In this document: in pieces, positions 18,911 through 28,031 of the stretch
How the letters are laid out: each line of letters opens with the position of its first letter
Numbering within the stretch: position 1 is the stretch's first letter
Assembly (NCBI GenBank): GCA_019244185.1
Contig: JAFATB010000016.1
Location: 1 to 31,109, forward strand
DNA: 31,109 bases
Direction of reading: 5' to 3'
Source of the DNA: Acidobacteriota bacterium
Lineage (GTDB): Bacteria > Acidobacteriota > Thermoanaerobaculia > Gp7-AA8
The notes under the pieces: generated by a model
Told to the model about the DNA's origin: nothing
Databases searched by the model: none
Seen by the model: the letters and a program-made list of their open reading frames with translations, nothing else
Program-made: the position numbers and the translations under genes

Positions 18911-19291
18911 ATGAAAAAACTCGTCCTCGCCGCTCTCGCTCTCGCCATCCTTGTCGCCCTCGTCGCACCGCCGTCCGCCGAAGCCGCGTGCTACTACCCG
19001 CGCCGCCACGTGCGCGAGCACATCGGCTTCTACGACATCAACGGCAACCCGAACTGTCCCGTGATCATCAGCCCGCAGCCGACGTACACCGACGTCATCG
19101 GCGAGGAGATCTGGGATTGCGACGGCAGCTACAGCTACTGGGGCATCATCTCGTGCGCCTGGACCATCACGAACGATTACTGGGAGCAGTGCGATCCGAT
19201 CTGCGACGATCCGATGGCGTCGAACGACGCCACGGAAGCGAACGACGCCGCGCAGCCGGCAGCGGCCGCGGCCTCCTGCGTGATGCGCTGA
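18911..19291 (+). CDS. Small secreted Cys-rich protein (possibly DUF6289-like)
   Basis: AAGGAG SD; signal peptide ending AEA; 7 Cys; VIGEEIWDCDG..WG motif. Confidence 0.8.
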   Translation: MKKLVLAALALAILVALVAPPSAEAACYYPRRHVREHIGFYDINGNPNCPVIISPQPTYTDVIGEEIWDCDGSYSYWGIISCAWTITNDYWEQCDPICDDPMASNDATEANDAAQPAAAAASCVMR

Positions 19292-19361
19292 CCTCGATCC
19301 GGTCCCGCTCCGCGTGCGCCGTCGCGCGCGCGGAGCGGCGTGTGCCATACAATCCGCGCCG

Positions 19362-20654
19362 ATGGCGCTCGAACGATTCGTGGTCGAAGGCGGCCGCCGG
19401 CTGGAGGGGACGATCCGGCCGGGCGGAAACAAGAATGCGGCATTGCCGATCCTCGCGGCGTGCCTGCTCACCGACGAGCCGGTCGTGCTGCGCAACCTCC
19501 CCGACATTCAGGACGTCCGGGTGATGCTGCAGATCCTCGAGCAGCTCGGCGCATCCGTCGAGCGCGTCGAGGCGAACGTCGTCCGCATCACCTCGCGCGG
19601 CGACATCGGCTGCAACCCCGATCCGGAACTCTCGAAGAAAATCCGCGCGTCGATCCTTCTCGCCGGACCTTTACTCGCGCGCTGCGGGCAGGTCGCCGTC
19701 GCGAAGCCGGGCGGCGACGCGATCGGCCGCCGCCGCGTCGACACGCACCTCCTCGCGCTCGAGGGTCTCGGCGCGCAGATCGAAGTCTCCGCGCACGAGT
19801 ACCGCATGGAAGCGCGCGCGCTCAAGGGACGGAAGATGTTCCTCGACGAGGCCTCCGTCACCGCGACCGAGAACGCGATCATGGCCGCGGTGCTCGCGGA
19901 AGGGGAGACGCAGATCTACAACGCCGCGGCCGAGCCGCACGTCCAGGATCTCTGCCACTTCCTCAACGCCCTCGGCGCGAACATCGACGGCATCGCCACG
20001 AACTCGCTCCGCATCAACGGCGTCGAGTCGCTGCACGGCGGCGAGTTCCACATCAACAGCGACCACATCGAAGTCGGCTCGTACATCGGCCTCGCCGCGG
20101 TCACGCGCAGCGAGCTGCTGATCGAGGACGCCGTGCCCGAGCACATGTACGCCGTCCGCTACATGCTCGAGAAGCTCGGCGTCGACATTCGCGTCGAAGG
20201 GAAGAACATCCGCGTGCCGCGCGAGCAGGAGCTGCGCGTGCGCTACGACATCGGCGCCGCGGTGCCGAAGATCGACGACGGCCCGTGGCCGCTGTTTCCT
20301 GCCGACCTGCTGTCGATCATGATCGTCATCGCCACGCAGGCCGAAGGCACGGTCATGATCTTCGAGAAGATGTTCGAGTCGCGGCTGTTCTTCACGGACA
20401 AGCTCATCTCGATGGGCGCGCGGATCATCCTGTGCGATCCGCATCGCGCGATCATCGTCGGCGGCGGACGTCTGCACGGCGGCGAGATCTCGAGCCCCGA
20501 CATCCGCGCGGGCATGGCGCTCCTGCTCGCGGCGCTCTGCGCGAAGGGCGAGAGCATCATCCACAACGTCCATCAGATCGACCGCGGCTACGAGCGGATC
20601 GACGACCGCCTCAACGCGCTGGGGGCGCGGATCACGAGAGAACGCGACGTGTGA
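19362..20654 (+). CDS. murA: UDP-N-acetylglucosamine 1-carboxyvinyltransferase (Asp-type)
   Basis: GNKNAALP, IRASIL, PGGDAIGRR, SVTATEN, FESR, PDIRAG, IDRGYE. Confidence 0.97.
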   Translation: MALERFVVEGGRRLEGTIRPGGNKNAALPILAACLLTDEPVVLRNLPDIQDVRVMLQILEQLGASVERVEANVVRITSRGDIGCNPDPELSKKIRASILLAGPLLARCGQVAVAKPGGDAIGRRRVDTHLLALEGLGAQIEVSAHEYRMEARALKGRKMFLDEASVTATENAIMAAVLAEGETQIYNAAAEPHVQDLCHFLNALGANIDGIATNSLRINGVESLHGGEFHINSDHIEVGSYIGLAAVTRSELLIEDAVPEHMYAVRYMLEKLGVDIRVEGKNIRVPREQELRVRYDIGAAVPKIDDGPWPLFPADLLSIMIVIATQAEGTVMIFEKMFESRLFFTDKLISMGARIILCDPHRAIIVGGGRLHGGEISSPDIRAGMALLLAALCAKGESIIHNVHQIDRGYERIDDRLNALGARITRERDV

Positions 20655-20659
20655 GCCGA

Positions 20660-20742
20660 AACGATGAGCGATGAACGATGAGCGATGACCCGGAAAGCAT
20701 GCCCGGCCCGCGTTCATCGTTCACGGTTCATCGTTCCTCGTT
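20660..20742. repeat. Hairpin built from heptamer tandem repeats (CGATGAV x4 versus TTCATCG-like x4)
   Basis: cgatgag-cgatgaa-cgatgag-cgatgac ... ttcatcg-ttcacgg-ttcatcg-ttcctcg. Confidence 0.8.
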
Positions 20743-21538
20743 CCCGCGCGTCATGGGTATTCTCAACATCACGCCCGATTCGTTCTCGGACGGCGGCGTG
20801 CATTACGAGCGGGTGCGCGCGGTCGACGCCGGACTGCGGATGGCGGAAGACGGCGCGGCCATTCTCGACATCGGCGGCGAGTCGACGCGTCCCGGTTCCG
20901 AGGCGGTGTCCGCGGAGGTCGAGCTCGAGCGGGTCATCCCGGTGATCGAGGACCTGCGCAAGCGCACGGACGTGCCGATCTCGATCGACACGCGGAAGGC
21001 GCGCGTCGCCGCGGCGGCGCTCGACGCGGGCGCGAACCTCATCAACGACGTCAGCGCGCTGCGGCACGATCCGCAGATGCGCGTGCTCGCGGCGACGAAG
21101 CGCGTGCCGGTGATCCTCATGCACATGCGCGGCGAGCCGCGCACGATGCAGCAGAACATCCACTACGACGAGGTCGTCTCCGACGTCGCGCGCGAGCTCG
21201 CGCGGTGGCGCGACGACGCGGTCGCGGCGGGCGTGGAAGCGTCGCGCATCTTCGTCGATCCCGGCATCGGCTTCGGCAAGACGTACGAGCACAACCTCGA
21301 GCTGCTCGCGCGCTGCCAGGAGCTGGTGATGGTCGCGCCGTTCGTCATCGGCGCGTCGCGCAAGACCTTCGTCGGACAGCTCACCGGACGCGCGTCGGGT
21401 CCCGATCGCGTGTCGGGCTCGCTCGCGGCGGCGGCCGCGGCGTATCGCGGCGGCGCGGCCATCGTGCGCGTGCACGACGTGCGCGAGACCGTCGACTTCC
21501 TCAAGGTCCTCCACGCGATCGAGGAGCGGCGGCGGTGA
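20678..21538 (+). CDS. folP: Dihydropteroate synthase (alternative start ATG 20753)
   Basis: MGILNITPDSFSDGG, DIGGESTRPG, SIDT, INDVS, DPGIGFGK, SRK, VRVHDV. Confidence 0.96.
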   Translation: MSDDPESMPGPRSSFTVHRSSFPRVMGILNITPDSFSDGGVHYERVRAVDAGLRMAEDGAAILDIGGESTRPGSEAVSAEVELERVIPVIEDLRKRTDVPISIDTRKARVAAAALDAGANLINDVSALRHDPQMRVLAATKRVPVILMHMRGEPRTMQQNIHYDEVVSDVARELARWRDDAVAAGVEASRIFVDPGIGFGKTYEHNLELLARCQELVMVAPFVIGASRKTFVGQLTGRASGPDRVSGSLAAAAAAYRGGAAIVRVHDVRETVDFLKVLHAIEERRR

Positions 21539-22296
21539 ACGTCTTCGATCGCCTGCTGTCGCTGAACTTCACGTGGCGCGACGCGGTCGACATCGTCATC
21601 GTCGCGTTCATCATCTATTCGATCCTCGCGCTGCTGCGCGGCACGCGCGCGATGCAGATCTCCCTCGGCCTCATGGTCCTCGGCTCGACGTTCTTCGTCG
21701 CGCGCGCGTTCGACCTGCCCGCGCTCGAGGTGATCTCGCGGCAGATCCTCTTCTATCTGCCGTTCGCCGTGATCGTGCTCTTCCAGCAGGAAATCCGCCG
21801 GGCGCTCGCGCGCATGGTCGGCAATCCGTTCGCGGCGTTCTTCCGCCCGCGGGCGGGAGAAGTGCCGCACGACGCGATCCTCAACGCGTGCGACGTGCTC
21901 GCGGCGAAACGCATCGGCGCGCTCATCGCGATCGAAGGGCGACAGACGCTGCGGATGTACGAGGAAGGTGCGAAGCCGGTCGACGGTCTCGTGACGACGG
22001 AGCTGCTCGTCTCGATCTTCACGCCCGGCGGTCCGCTGCACGACGGCGCGGTGATCGTGCGCGGCAACCGCGTCGTCGCCGCGAACGCGTTTCTGCCGCT
22101 GACGTCGACGCCCGACCCGCGGCTCGCGCACGGCACGCGCCATCGCGCGGCCATCGGTCTCAGTGAAGAGAGCGACGCGTTCGTGATCGTCATTTCGGAA
22201 GAGAACGGCTCGATGGCGGTGTGCGCGGATGGCGCGCTCACCGAGCATGTGGAACGCGACGCGCTGCGGCAGCAGCTGACGGAGCGCTTCGGATGA
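21535..22296 (+). CDS. cdaA: Diadenylate cyclase CdaA/DacA
   Basis: Three N-terminal TM segments; FQQEIRRAL, PLHDGAV, GTRHRAAIG, SEENG; GTGA overlap with folP. Confidence 0.95.
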   Translation: MNVFDRLLSLNFTWRDAVDIVIVAFIIYSILALLRGTRAMQISLGLMVLGSTFFVARAFDLPALEVISRQILFYLPFAVIVLFQQEIRRALARMVGNPFAAFFRPRAGEVPHDAILNACDVLAAKRIGALIAIEGRQTLRMYEEGAKPVDGLVTTELLVSIFTPGGPLHDGAVIVRGNRVVAANAFLPLTSTPDPRLAHGTRHRAAIGLSEESDAFVIVISEENGSMAVCADGALTEHVERDALRQQLTERFG

Positions 22297-23003
22297 AGAA
22301 CCTCGGACTCAAGTTCATCGCGTTGCTGCTCGCGGCGATCGTCTGGTTCAACGTCTCCGCGCCGCGGCGCGAGCGCGCGCGCGAACGGATCGTGACCGCG
22401 CCGATCTCGCTCGTCGGCCTCGCGAACGATCTCGTGATCACGACGGACATCCCGAGCAGCGTGGCCGTGCGCGTGCGCGGACGCACGTCCGATCTGCGTG
22501 CGCTGGCGACGGCGAGTCTCGAGGTGCCGGTCGATCTCAGCTGGGTGCAACTGCCGGGCGACGTCGAGATCACGATCCGGCCGCAGGCGATCAACGTGCC
22601 GGCGGAGATCGAGGCGTTCTCGATCGTCCCGAACAAGCTGCGCTTCCGCATCGAGCGCGTGCGGCAGCGCGCGGTGCCGATCCGGCCGTTCCTCGTCGGT
22701 CAGCCGCCGTCGGGCTACCTCGTCGGCGAGCCGACCACGGATCCGCCGCTCGCGCTCGTGTCGGGGCCGGTCTCGCAGATCCTGAAACTGAGCGAAGTGG
22801 CGACCGAACGCATTATCATGACCGGCCGCACGGCGACCTTCGTGCAGAACGTGGCCGTCGTGTCGGACTCGCCGCTCGTGCGCGTCGTCTCGCCGCCCAC
22901 CGCGCAGGTCACGGTGCCGGTGCTGGCGGAAGTCGGTCCGGCGCCGCCGCCGCAAGTGCTCCCGAAATCAGAAGAAAAAACCGAAACGACGGAAACGCAA
23001 TGA
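22293..23003 (+). CDS. cdaR: CdaR/YbbR-like regulator
   Basis: N-terminal TM (KFIALLLAAIVWF), YbbR-like beta repeats, position between cdaA and glmM with ATGA overlaps. Confidence 0.88.
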   Translation: MKNLGLKFIALLLAAIVWFNVSAPRRERARERIVTAPISLVGLANDLVITTDIPSSVAVRVRGRTSDLRALATASLEVPVDLSWVQLPGDVEITIRPQAINVPAEIEAFSIVPNKLRFRIERVRQRAVPIRPFLVGQPPSGYLVGEPTTDPPLALVSGPVSQILKLSEVATERIIMTGRTATFVQNVAVVSDSPLVRVVSPPTAQVTVPVLAEVGPAPPPQVLPKSEEKTETTETQ

Positions 23004-24340
23004 GAACGCTCTTCGGCACCGACGGCATCCGCGCGAAGGCGCACGAATATCCGCTCGACGCGGCCACGATGTTCGCGCTCGGCGAGGCGCTCGCGCATCG
23101 CCTCAACGGCGGCCGCGTGCTGCTGGGCATGGACACGCGCGAGTCGGGTCCGGAGATCGCACGCGCGCTCGCCTCGGGCATGCGGGCGGGTGGCGGGGAG
23201 GCGGTGCTGGTCGGCGTGATCCCCACGCCGGGCGTCGCGTATCTCTGCCGCACCACCGATGCCGCGGCCGGCATCTCGATCTCCGCCTCGCACAATCCGT
23301 TCGAGGACAACGGCGTCAAGATCTTCGGTCACGACGGGATGAAGCTGCCGGATGCGATCGAAGAAGAGATCGAAGACGAGCTGCGCGCGCTGCGGCGCGA
23401 CGGCGTCGAAATCTCTGACGGACCGCTGCCGGAGAATGAAGAATTGATCGAAGCCTACGAGCGCTTCCTCATCTCCGGCGTTCCGCCGGGCGCGCTCTCC
23501 GGCAAAAAGGTCGTGCTCGACGCCGGCTTCGGCGCCGCGTATCGCATCGGCCCGGAAGTCTTTCGCCGCGCCGGCGCGGAAGTGGTGGTCATCCACGACG
23601 CGCCGAACGGCCGCAACATCAACGAAGGCTCCGGCGCGCTGCATCCGGAGCGGCTCGCGGAAGTGGTGGTCGAACAGCAGGCCGACTACGGCGTGGCGTT
23701 CGACGGCGACGCGGACCGCGCGATCTTCGCCGACGACGCCGGCAAGATTCGCGACGGCGACGAGATCATCTACCTCTGGGCCAAACACCTCCGCGCGCGC
23801 GACGCGCTCGCGAACGGCTGCGTCGTCACGACGGTGATGTCGAACTTCGGCTTCGAGCAGCAACTGCAGGCCGACGGCATCGAGCTCTGTCGCGCGCAGG
23901 TCGGCGACAAGTACGTGCTCGAGCTGATGCTCGAACGCGGCGCGATCCTCGGCGGCGAGCAGTCGGGCCACATCATCGACCGCACCGTGCACACGACCGG
24001 CGACGGCATCCATACCGCGCTCGTCTTCGGCGCGATCCTCGGCGAGATGCACGAGCGCTTCTCGCGGCTGCACACGTTCGACCCGATGCCGCAGCTGCTG
24101 CTCAACGAGAAAGTGGCGTCGAAGCCGACGCTCGATTCGCTGCCGCGCTATCAGGCGGTGCTGGCGGCGGCGCAGCAGGATCTCGGCGGACGCGGGCGCA
24201 TCCTCGTGCGCTACTCCGGCACCGAGAATCTCGTGCGCGTGATGGTCGAAGGAGAAGACGACGCGCAGATCCGGCGCATTGCCGCGGAGCTGCGCGACGT
24301 GCTGCGCGATGAAATCGGCTCGCTGGTCGCTCGAGGGTAA
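23000..24340 (+). CDS. glmM: Phosphoglucosamine mutase
   Basis: [34 protein letters not shown]. Confidence 0.96.
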   Translation: MRTLFGTDGIRAKAHEYPLDAATMFALGEALAHRLNGGRVLLGMDTRESGPEIARALASGMRAGGGEAVLVGVIPTPGVAYLCRTTDAAAGISISASHNPFEDNGVKIFGHDGMKLPDAIEEEIEDELRALRRDGVEISDGPLPENEELIEAYERFLISGVPPGALSGKKVVLDAGFGAAYRIGPEVFRRAGAEVVVIHDAPNGRNINEGSGALHPERLAEVVVEQQADYGVAFDGDADRAIFADDAGKIRDGDEIIYLWAKHLRARDALANGCVVTTVMSNFGFEQQLQADGIELCRAQVGDKYVLELMLERGAILGGEQSGHIIDRTVHTTGDGIHTALVFGAILGEMHERFSRLHTFDPMPQLLLNEKVASKPTLDSLPRYQAVLAAAQQDLGGRGRILVRYSGTENLVRVMVEGEDDAQIRRIAAELRDVLRDEIGSLVARG

Positions 24341-25061
24341 GACCGCGCTCGTCACCGGCGCGACCGCGGGCATCGGCCTCGCGATCGCGGAAGAACTGCT
24401 CGAGCACGGCGCGAACGTCATCGGCGTCGCGCGCGACGAGGCGCGGCTGGCGCAGTGGCAGGCGTCGCATCCGCGCACGCGCGGGATTCGCGCCGATGTC
24501 TCCGTCGCGAGCGACCGCGCGCGCATCTTCGACGGCATCGAGCGCCTCGACATCCTCGTCAACAACGCGGGCACGAACATCCGCAAGACGATGAACGAGT
24601 ACGCGTTCGACGAATACGAGCGCGTGCGCACGACGAACATGGATTCCGTGTTCGAGCTCTGCCGGCTCGCACATCCGGCGCTGCGAGCGAGCGGCGCCGC
24701 GAGCATCGTGAACGTCGTCTCCGTCGCCGCCTTCCGCCACCTCGGCACGGGCATTCCGTACGCGATGACGAAGGCCGCGGTCGCGCATCTCACGCGCGGG
24801 CTCGCGGCGGAGTGGGCGGCGGACGGCATCCGCGTCAACGCCATCGCGCCGTGGTACATCCGCACGCCGCTGGCCGAGCCGGTGCTGAGCGATCCGGTGC
24901 GGCTCGAGAAGATTCTCGCGTCGACGCCGCTCGGGCGCGTCGGTGAGCCGGAGGAGGTCGCGTCGCTCGCCGCGTTCCTCTGCATGCCCGCGGCGTCGTA
25001 CATCACCGGCGCGTGCATCGCGGTCGACGGCGGATTCGCCGTCTCGGGTGTTTTCAAATAA
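24309..25061 (+). CDS. SDR oxidoreductase, tropinone-reductase-like
   Basis: [52 protein letters not shown]. Confidence 0.9.
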   Translation: MKSARWSLEGKTALVTGATAGIGLAIAEELLEHGANVIGVARDEARLAQWQASHPRTRGIRADVSVASDRARIFDGIERLDILVNNAGTNIRKTMNEYAFDEYERVRTTNMDSVFELCRLAHPALRASGAASIVNVVSVAAFRHLGTGIPYAMTKAAVAHLTRGLAAEWAADGIRVNAIAPWYIRTPLAEPVLSDPVRLEKILASTPLGRVGEPEEVASLAAFLCMPAASYITGACIAVDGGFAVSGVFK

Positions 25062-25137
25062 TGCCGTTGGCGTAGGGGCCGGGCGCTGCTATATTGCGCC
25101 ATCCATTTTTCAGGGCCGGCAGGCGGAGTGAACGTTA

Positions 25138-26235
25138 ATGGCTAAGGCGCAGGGGAAAAAAGCGGCCTCGAAGGTCGTGGCGCGGGTGAAAAGCGCCGCG
25201 CAAGCCGCAAAGAAGAAGGTCGTTGCCCCGAAGAAGACCGCCGCGCCCGCCAAGGCTGCCGCGAAGCCGGTCTCGAAAGCGGCGCCGAAGCCCGCCGCGA
25301 AACCGGCGCCGAAAGCCAAAGCCACTCCCGCGAAAAAAGCCGCGGAGAAGGTCAAGCAGGCCGTCGCGAAGACCGTGAAGGCCGCGAAGCAGGTGGTGAA
25401 AGCGGCCAAGCCGGCGAAGGACGCGAAGCCCGCCGCCGCGCCGAAAGCCGCCGCGAAGCCCGCGCCGAAAGCGCCTGTTGCCGCACCGAAAGCGGCTGCA
25501 CCGAAAGCGCCTGTTGCACCAAAAGCTCCTGCACCGAAAGCGCCTGCGCCGAAAGTCGCAGCGCCGAAAGCTGCCGCGGCGAAGACACCCGCGAAAGCGG
25601 CGGCAAAGCCCGCCGCCCCGCCCGCGCCTGTTGCGCCGGCGCCTGTGAAAGCCACGCCGCCCGCCGCGGCGCCGGAGCCGGAGAAGAAACGCGGACGCCG
25701 CGCGCGTCCGCGCGTGCACTCGAACGGCGTGCCCGCCGCGGCGTGGCTGTCGACCGAGAAGCCGCGTCCGGCCTCGTTCATCCCCGCGCCGCCGCGCGCG
25801 GAAGCGCCGTCGGCGATCGCCGCGCCGCCGGCGTCGTCGGATCGTCTCATCCGTCCCGAGGATGTCGCGCAGCCGGCGGTGCGAACGGTGCCCGTGCGCG
25901 TCGACGTCGAACAGGGCGCGGGACGCTTCTACGTCATCGCCAATCCGATGGAGATTTCGCTGCGCGCCACCGAAGGCATCGAGTGGGACTTCCGCTACAT
26001 CGGCGGCGCGGACGTCACGATCGACGAGATCGTCATCCAGTTCGAGAAGCCGTCGCCGTTCGCGCAGGCCGTGTTCCGCACGCGCAAGCCGGGCGGCGCG
26101 CGTCCGCATCGCCAGCTCTCGGGCGGCGCGCTGCCGGCCGCCGCGGGCAAGCGCATTCAGTACACCGTCCGCGCGATGAATCAGTTCGGCACCGAGCTCG
26201 CGCACACGGCGGTGTACCTGAACGTTACCGCCTAG
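25138..26235 (+). CDS. Protein with histone H1-like Lys/Ala/Pro-rich N-terminus and unknown C-terminal globular domain
   Basis: About 185 aa of KAAAK/PAPK/PAKK repeats followed by a beta-strand-like domain; GGAG SD. Confidence 0.85.
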   Translation: MAKAQGKKAASKVVARVKSAAQAAKKKVVAPKKTAAPAKAAAKPVSKAAPKPAAKPAPKAKATPAKKAAEKVKQAVAKTVKAAKQVVKAAKPAKDAKPAAAPKAAAKPAPKAPVAAPKAAAPKAPVAPKAPAPKAPAPKVAAPKAAAAKTPAKAAAKPAAPPAPVAPAPVKATPPAAAPEPEKKRGRRARPRVHSNGVPAAAWLSTEKPRPASFIPAPPRAEAPSAIAAPPASSDRLIRPEDVAQPAVRTVPVRVDVEQGAGRFYVIANPMEISLRATEGIEWDFRYIGGADVTIDEIVIQFEKPSPFAQAVFRTRKPGGARPHRQLSGGALPAAAGKRIQYTVRAMNQFGTELAHTAVYLNVTA

Positions 26236-26262
26236 TGGAGCGCTCGTCGCTCCACGCCTGAT

Positions 26263-28002
26263 TCACGCGAACGCCACTTCCATCTCGACGCGGTTCCGGC
26301 CCCGCTCCTTGGCGCGGTAGAGCAGCTCGTCCGCGCGCTTCAGCAGCGCGTCGACCGCTTCGCCCGACGTCCACGCGGCGATGCCGATGCTGATGGTGAC
26401 GCGCAGCTCCGGATGCAGATCGCTGCAGTCGATCGCCTCGACCGACGTGCGCAGCCGCTCGGCGACGTCGAGCGCGGACTGCGCGTCGGTGCGCGGCAGC
26501 ACGACGATGAACTCCTCGCCGCCGGTGCGTCCCATGACGTCTTCGCGCCGCCGCAGCGACGCGCGTCCGGCGTCCGCGACGCGGCGCAGCACGGCGTCGC
26601 CGGTGTCGTGACCGAAGCGGTCGTTGATCCGCTTGAAGAGATCGATGTCGAGCATGAGCAGCGAGAGCGGCGTTGCGTGCTGCCGCGCGAACGCGACGGA
26701 GTCGGCCGCGACCATCAGCACGTGGCGGCGATTCGGAAGCTTCGTCAGCTCGTCGGTCATGGCCATGACGCGCATGCGGTTCGCGTTGGCGATGTGCTTG
26801 ACGACGAGGTACGCGAGGGCGGCGATGACGAGCGTGCCGAGGATGATCACGATCGTCTGCAGCTGCCGCACGCGCGTGGCCGCGCGGAGCGCCTGATCGC
26901 GCAGTTCGTTCTCGCGCAGGAGCGCGCGGTTCTCCTGTTCTTTCTTCTCCGAGTCGAACTGCACGCGCAGACGCGCGGTCTGCTCTTCCTTCAGCTTCTC
27001 TTCGAGCTCGCCGCGCAGTGCCATCTGCGCCGCCTGCGCCTCGAATGCTTCCTGCCACCGCCCGGCGCCGGCGAAGGCGAGCGAACGCTCTTCCTGCGTT
27101 TTCTCGAGGAAGCGCGCGTTCTTCGTTTCTTCGAAACGTTTGCGCGCGATCTCGAGATCGTCGAGCGCGGCGCTCCAGCGGCCGAGACGCCGCAGCAGAC
27201 CGCCGCGCGTCAGGTGCGCCTGCGCCGCCGTTTCCACCGCGTGCTGCTGTTCCAAATAGCCCAGCGCCGCGTTCACATACCGCAGTCCCTCGGCGGGACG
27301 TCCGAGGCGGCCGAGCAGCGAGGCGATCGCGCGCTGATCGACCGCGACCTCGCCCGGCTCGTGGCGCTTCCGATCGATCTCCAGGCCGCGCTGGTACTCG
27401 ACGAGCGCGCCCTTCAGATCGCCCTTGCGCTCCATCGTCGAGGCGATGTTGAAGTAGCCGGTCGACAGCTCCTCATCCGACGGCGACGGGTTCTCGCGCA
27501 GGATCTGTTCGTAGTACTCGATGGCGCGGTCGAAGTCGCCGACGCGCGCGTCGGCGTAGACGTTCGCGATCGATTCGAGCGCCGAGCGCGCCTCCTTCGC
27601 GCGTTGCAGCGCGGTGTAGAGACGATACGAGCGCTGCAAGTCCGCGAGCGAGTCGTTCATCAGCCCGCGGTAGTAGCGCAGTTCTCCGCGCAGGCGCAGG
27701 CCGGCGGCGACGAGGGGGTCGTAGTGCAGGCGTGTTCCCTCGCTGATCCCGAACTCGTACTCCTGCTGCGCTTCGATCGGGCGCCCGAGTTGTTCGAGCG
27801 CCGCGCCGCGGCAGAGGTGTGCGTCGGCGCGGTGGATGTCATCGTGCGCGGCGTTCGTGGCCGCGATCACGCGGTCCGCTTCCGTGAGTCCCGCGGCGGG
27901 CTGGCGGTAGACGAGCGACCAGCACGCGTCGGTGAGGTCCGCGCGCGCGGAAAGGCTCGCGCAGACGGCAAGAAGAACCGCGAGCGGGAAGGCGCGTCGC
28001 AT
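26263..28002 (-). CDS. TPR-containing membrane diguanylate cyclase
   Basis: Signal peptide from ATG 28002 (MRRAFPLAVLL..), TPR-like helices, coiled coil, TM, TDELTKLPNRR, DIDLFKRINDRFGH, RRED I-site, GGEEF. Confidence 0.93.
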   Translation of the reverse strand: MRRAFPLAVLLAVCASLSARADLTDACWSLVYRQPAAGLTEADRVIAATNAAHDDIHRADAHLCRGAALEQLGRPIEAQQEYEFGISEGTRLHYDPLVAAGLRLRGELRYYRGLMNDSLADLQRSYRLYTALQRAKEARSALESIANVYADARVGDFDRAIEYYEQILRENPSPSDEELSTGYFNIASTMERKGDLKGALVEYQRGLEIDRKRHEPGEVAVDQRAIASLLGRLGRPAEGLRYVNAALGYLEQQHAVETAAQAHLTRGGLLRRLGRWSAALDDLEIARKRFEETKNARFLEKTQEERSLAFAGAGRWQEAFEAQAAQMALRGELEEKLKEEQTARLRVQFDSEKKEQENRALLRENELRDQALRAATRVRQLQTIVIILGTLVIAALAYLVVKHIANANRMRVMAMTDELTKLPNRRHVLMVAADSVAFARQHATPLSLLMLDIDLFKRINDRFGHDTGDAVLRRVADAGRASLRRREDVMGRTGGEEFIVVLPRTDAQSALDVAERLRTSVEAIDCSDLHPELRVTISIGIAAWTSGEAVDALLKRADELLYRAKERGRNRVEMEVAFA

Positions 28003-28031
28003 GGATCGGATCCCGCGATTACGGTAACACG

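Noticed and set aside
22715-25102. 795-aa minus-strand ORF and similar long antisense ORFs elsewhere
   Set aside because: They mirror well-supported genes (glmM, SDR) and lack motifs; typical high-GC shadow ORFs.
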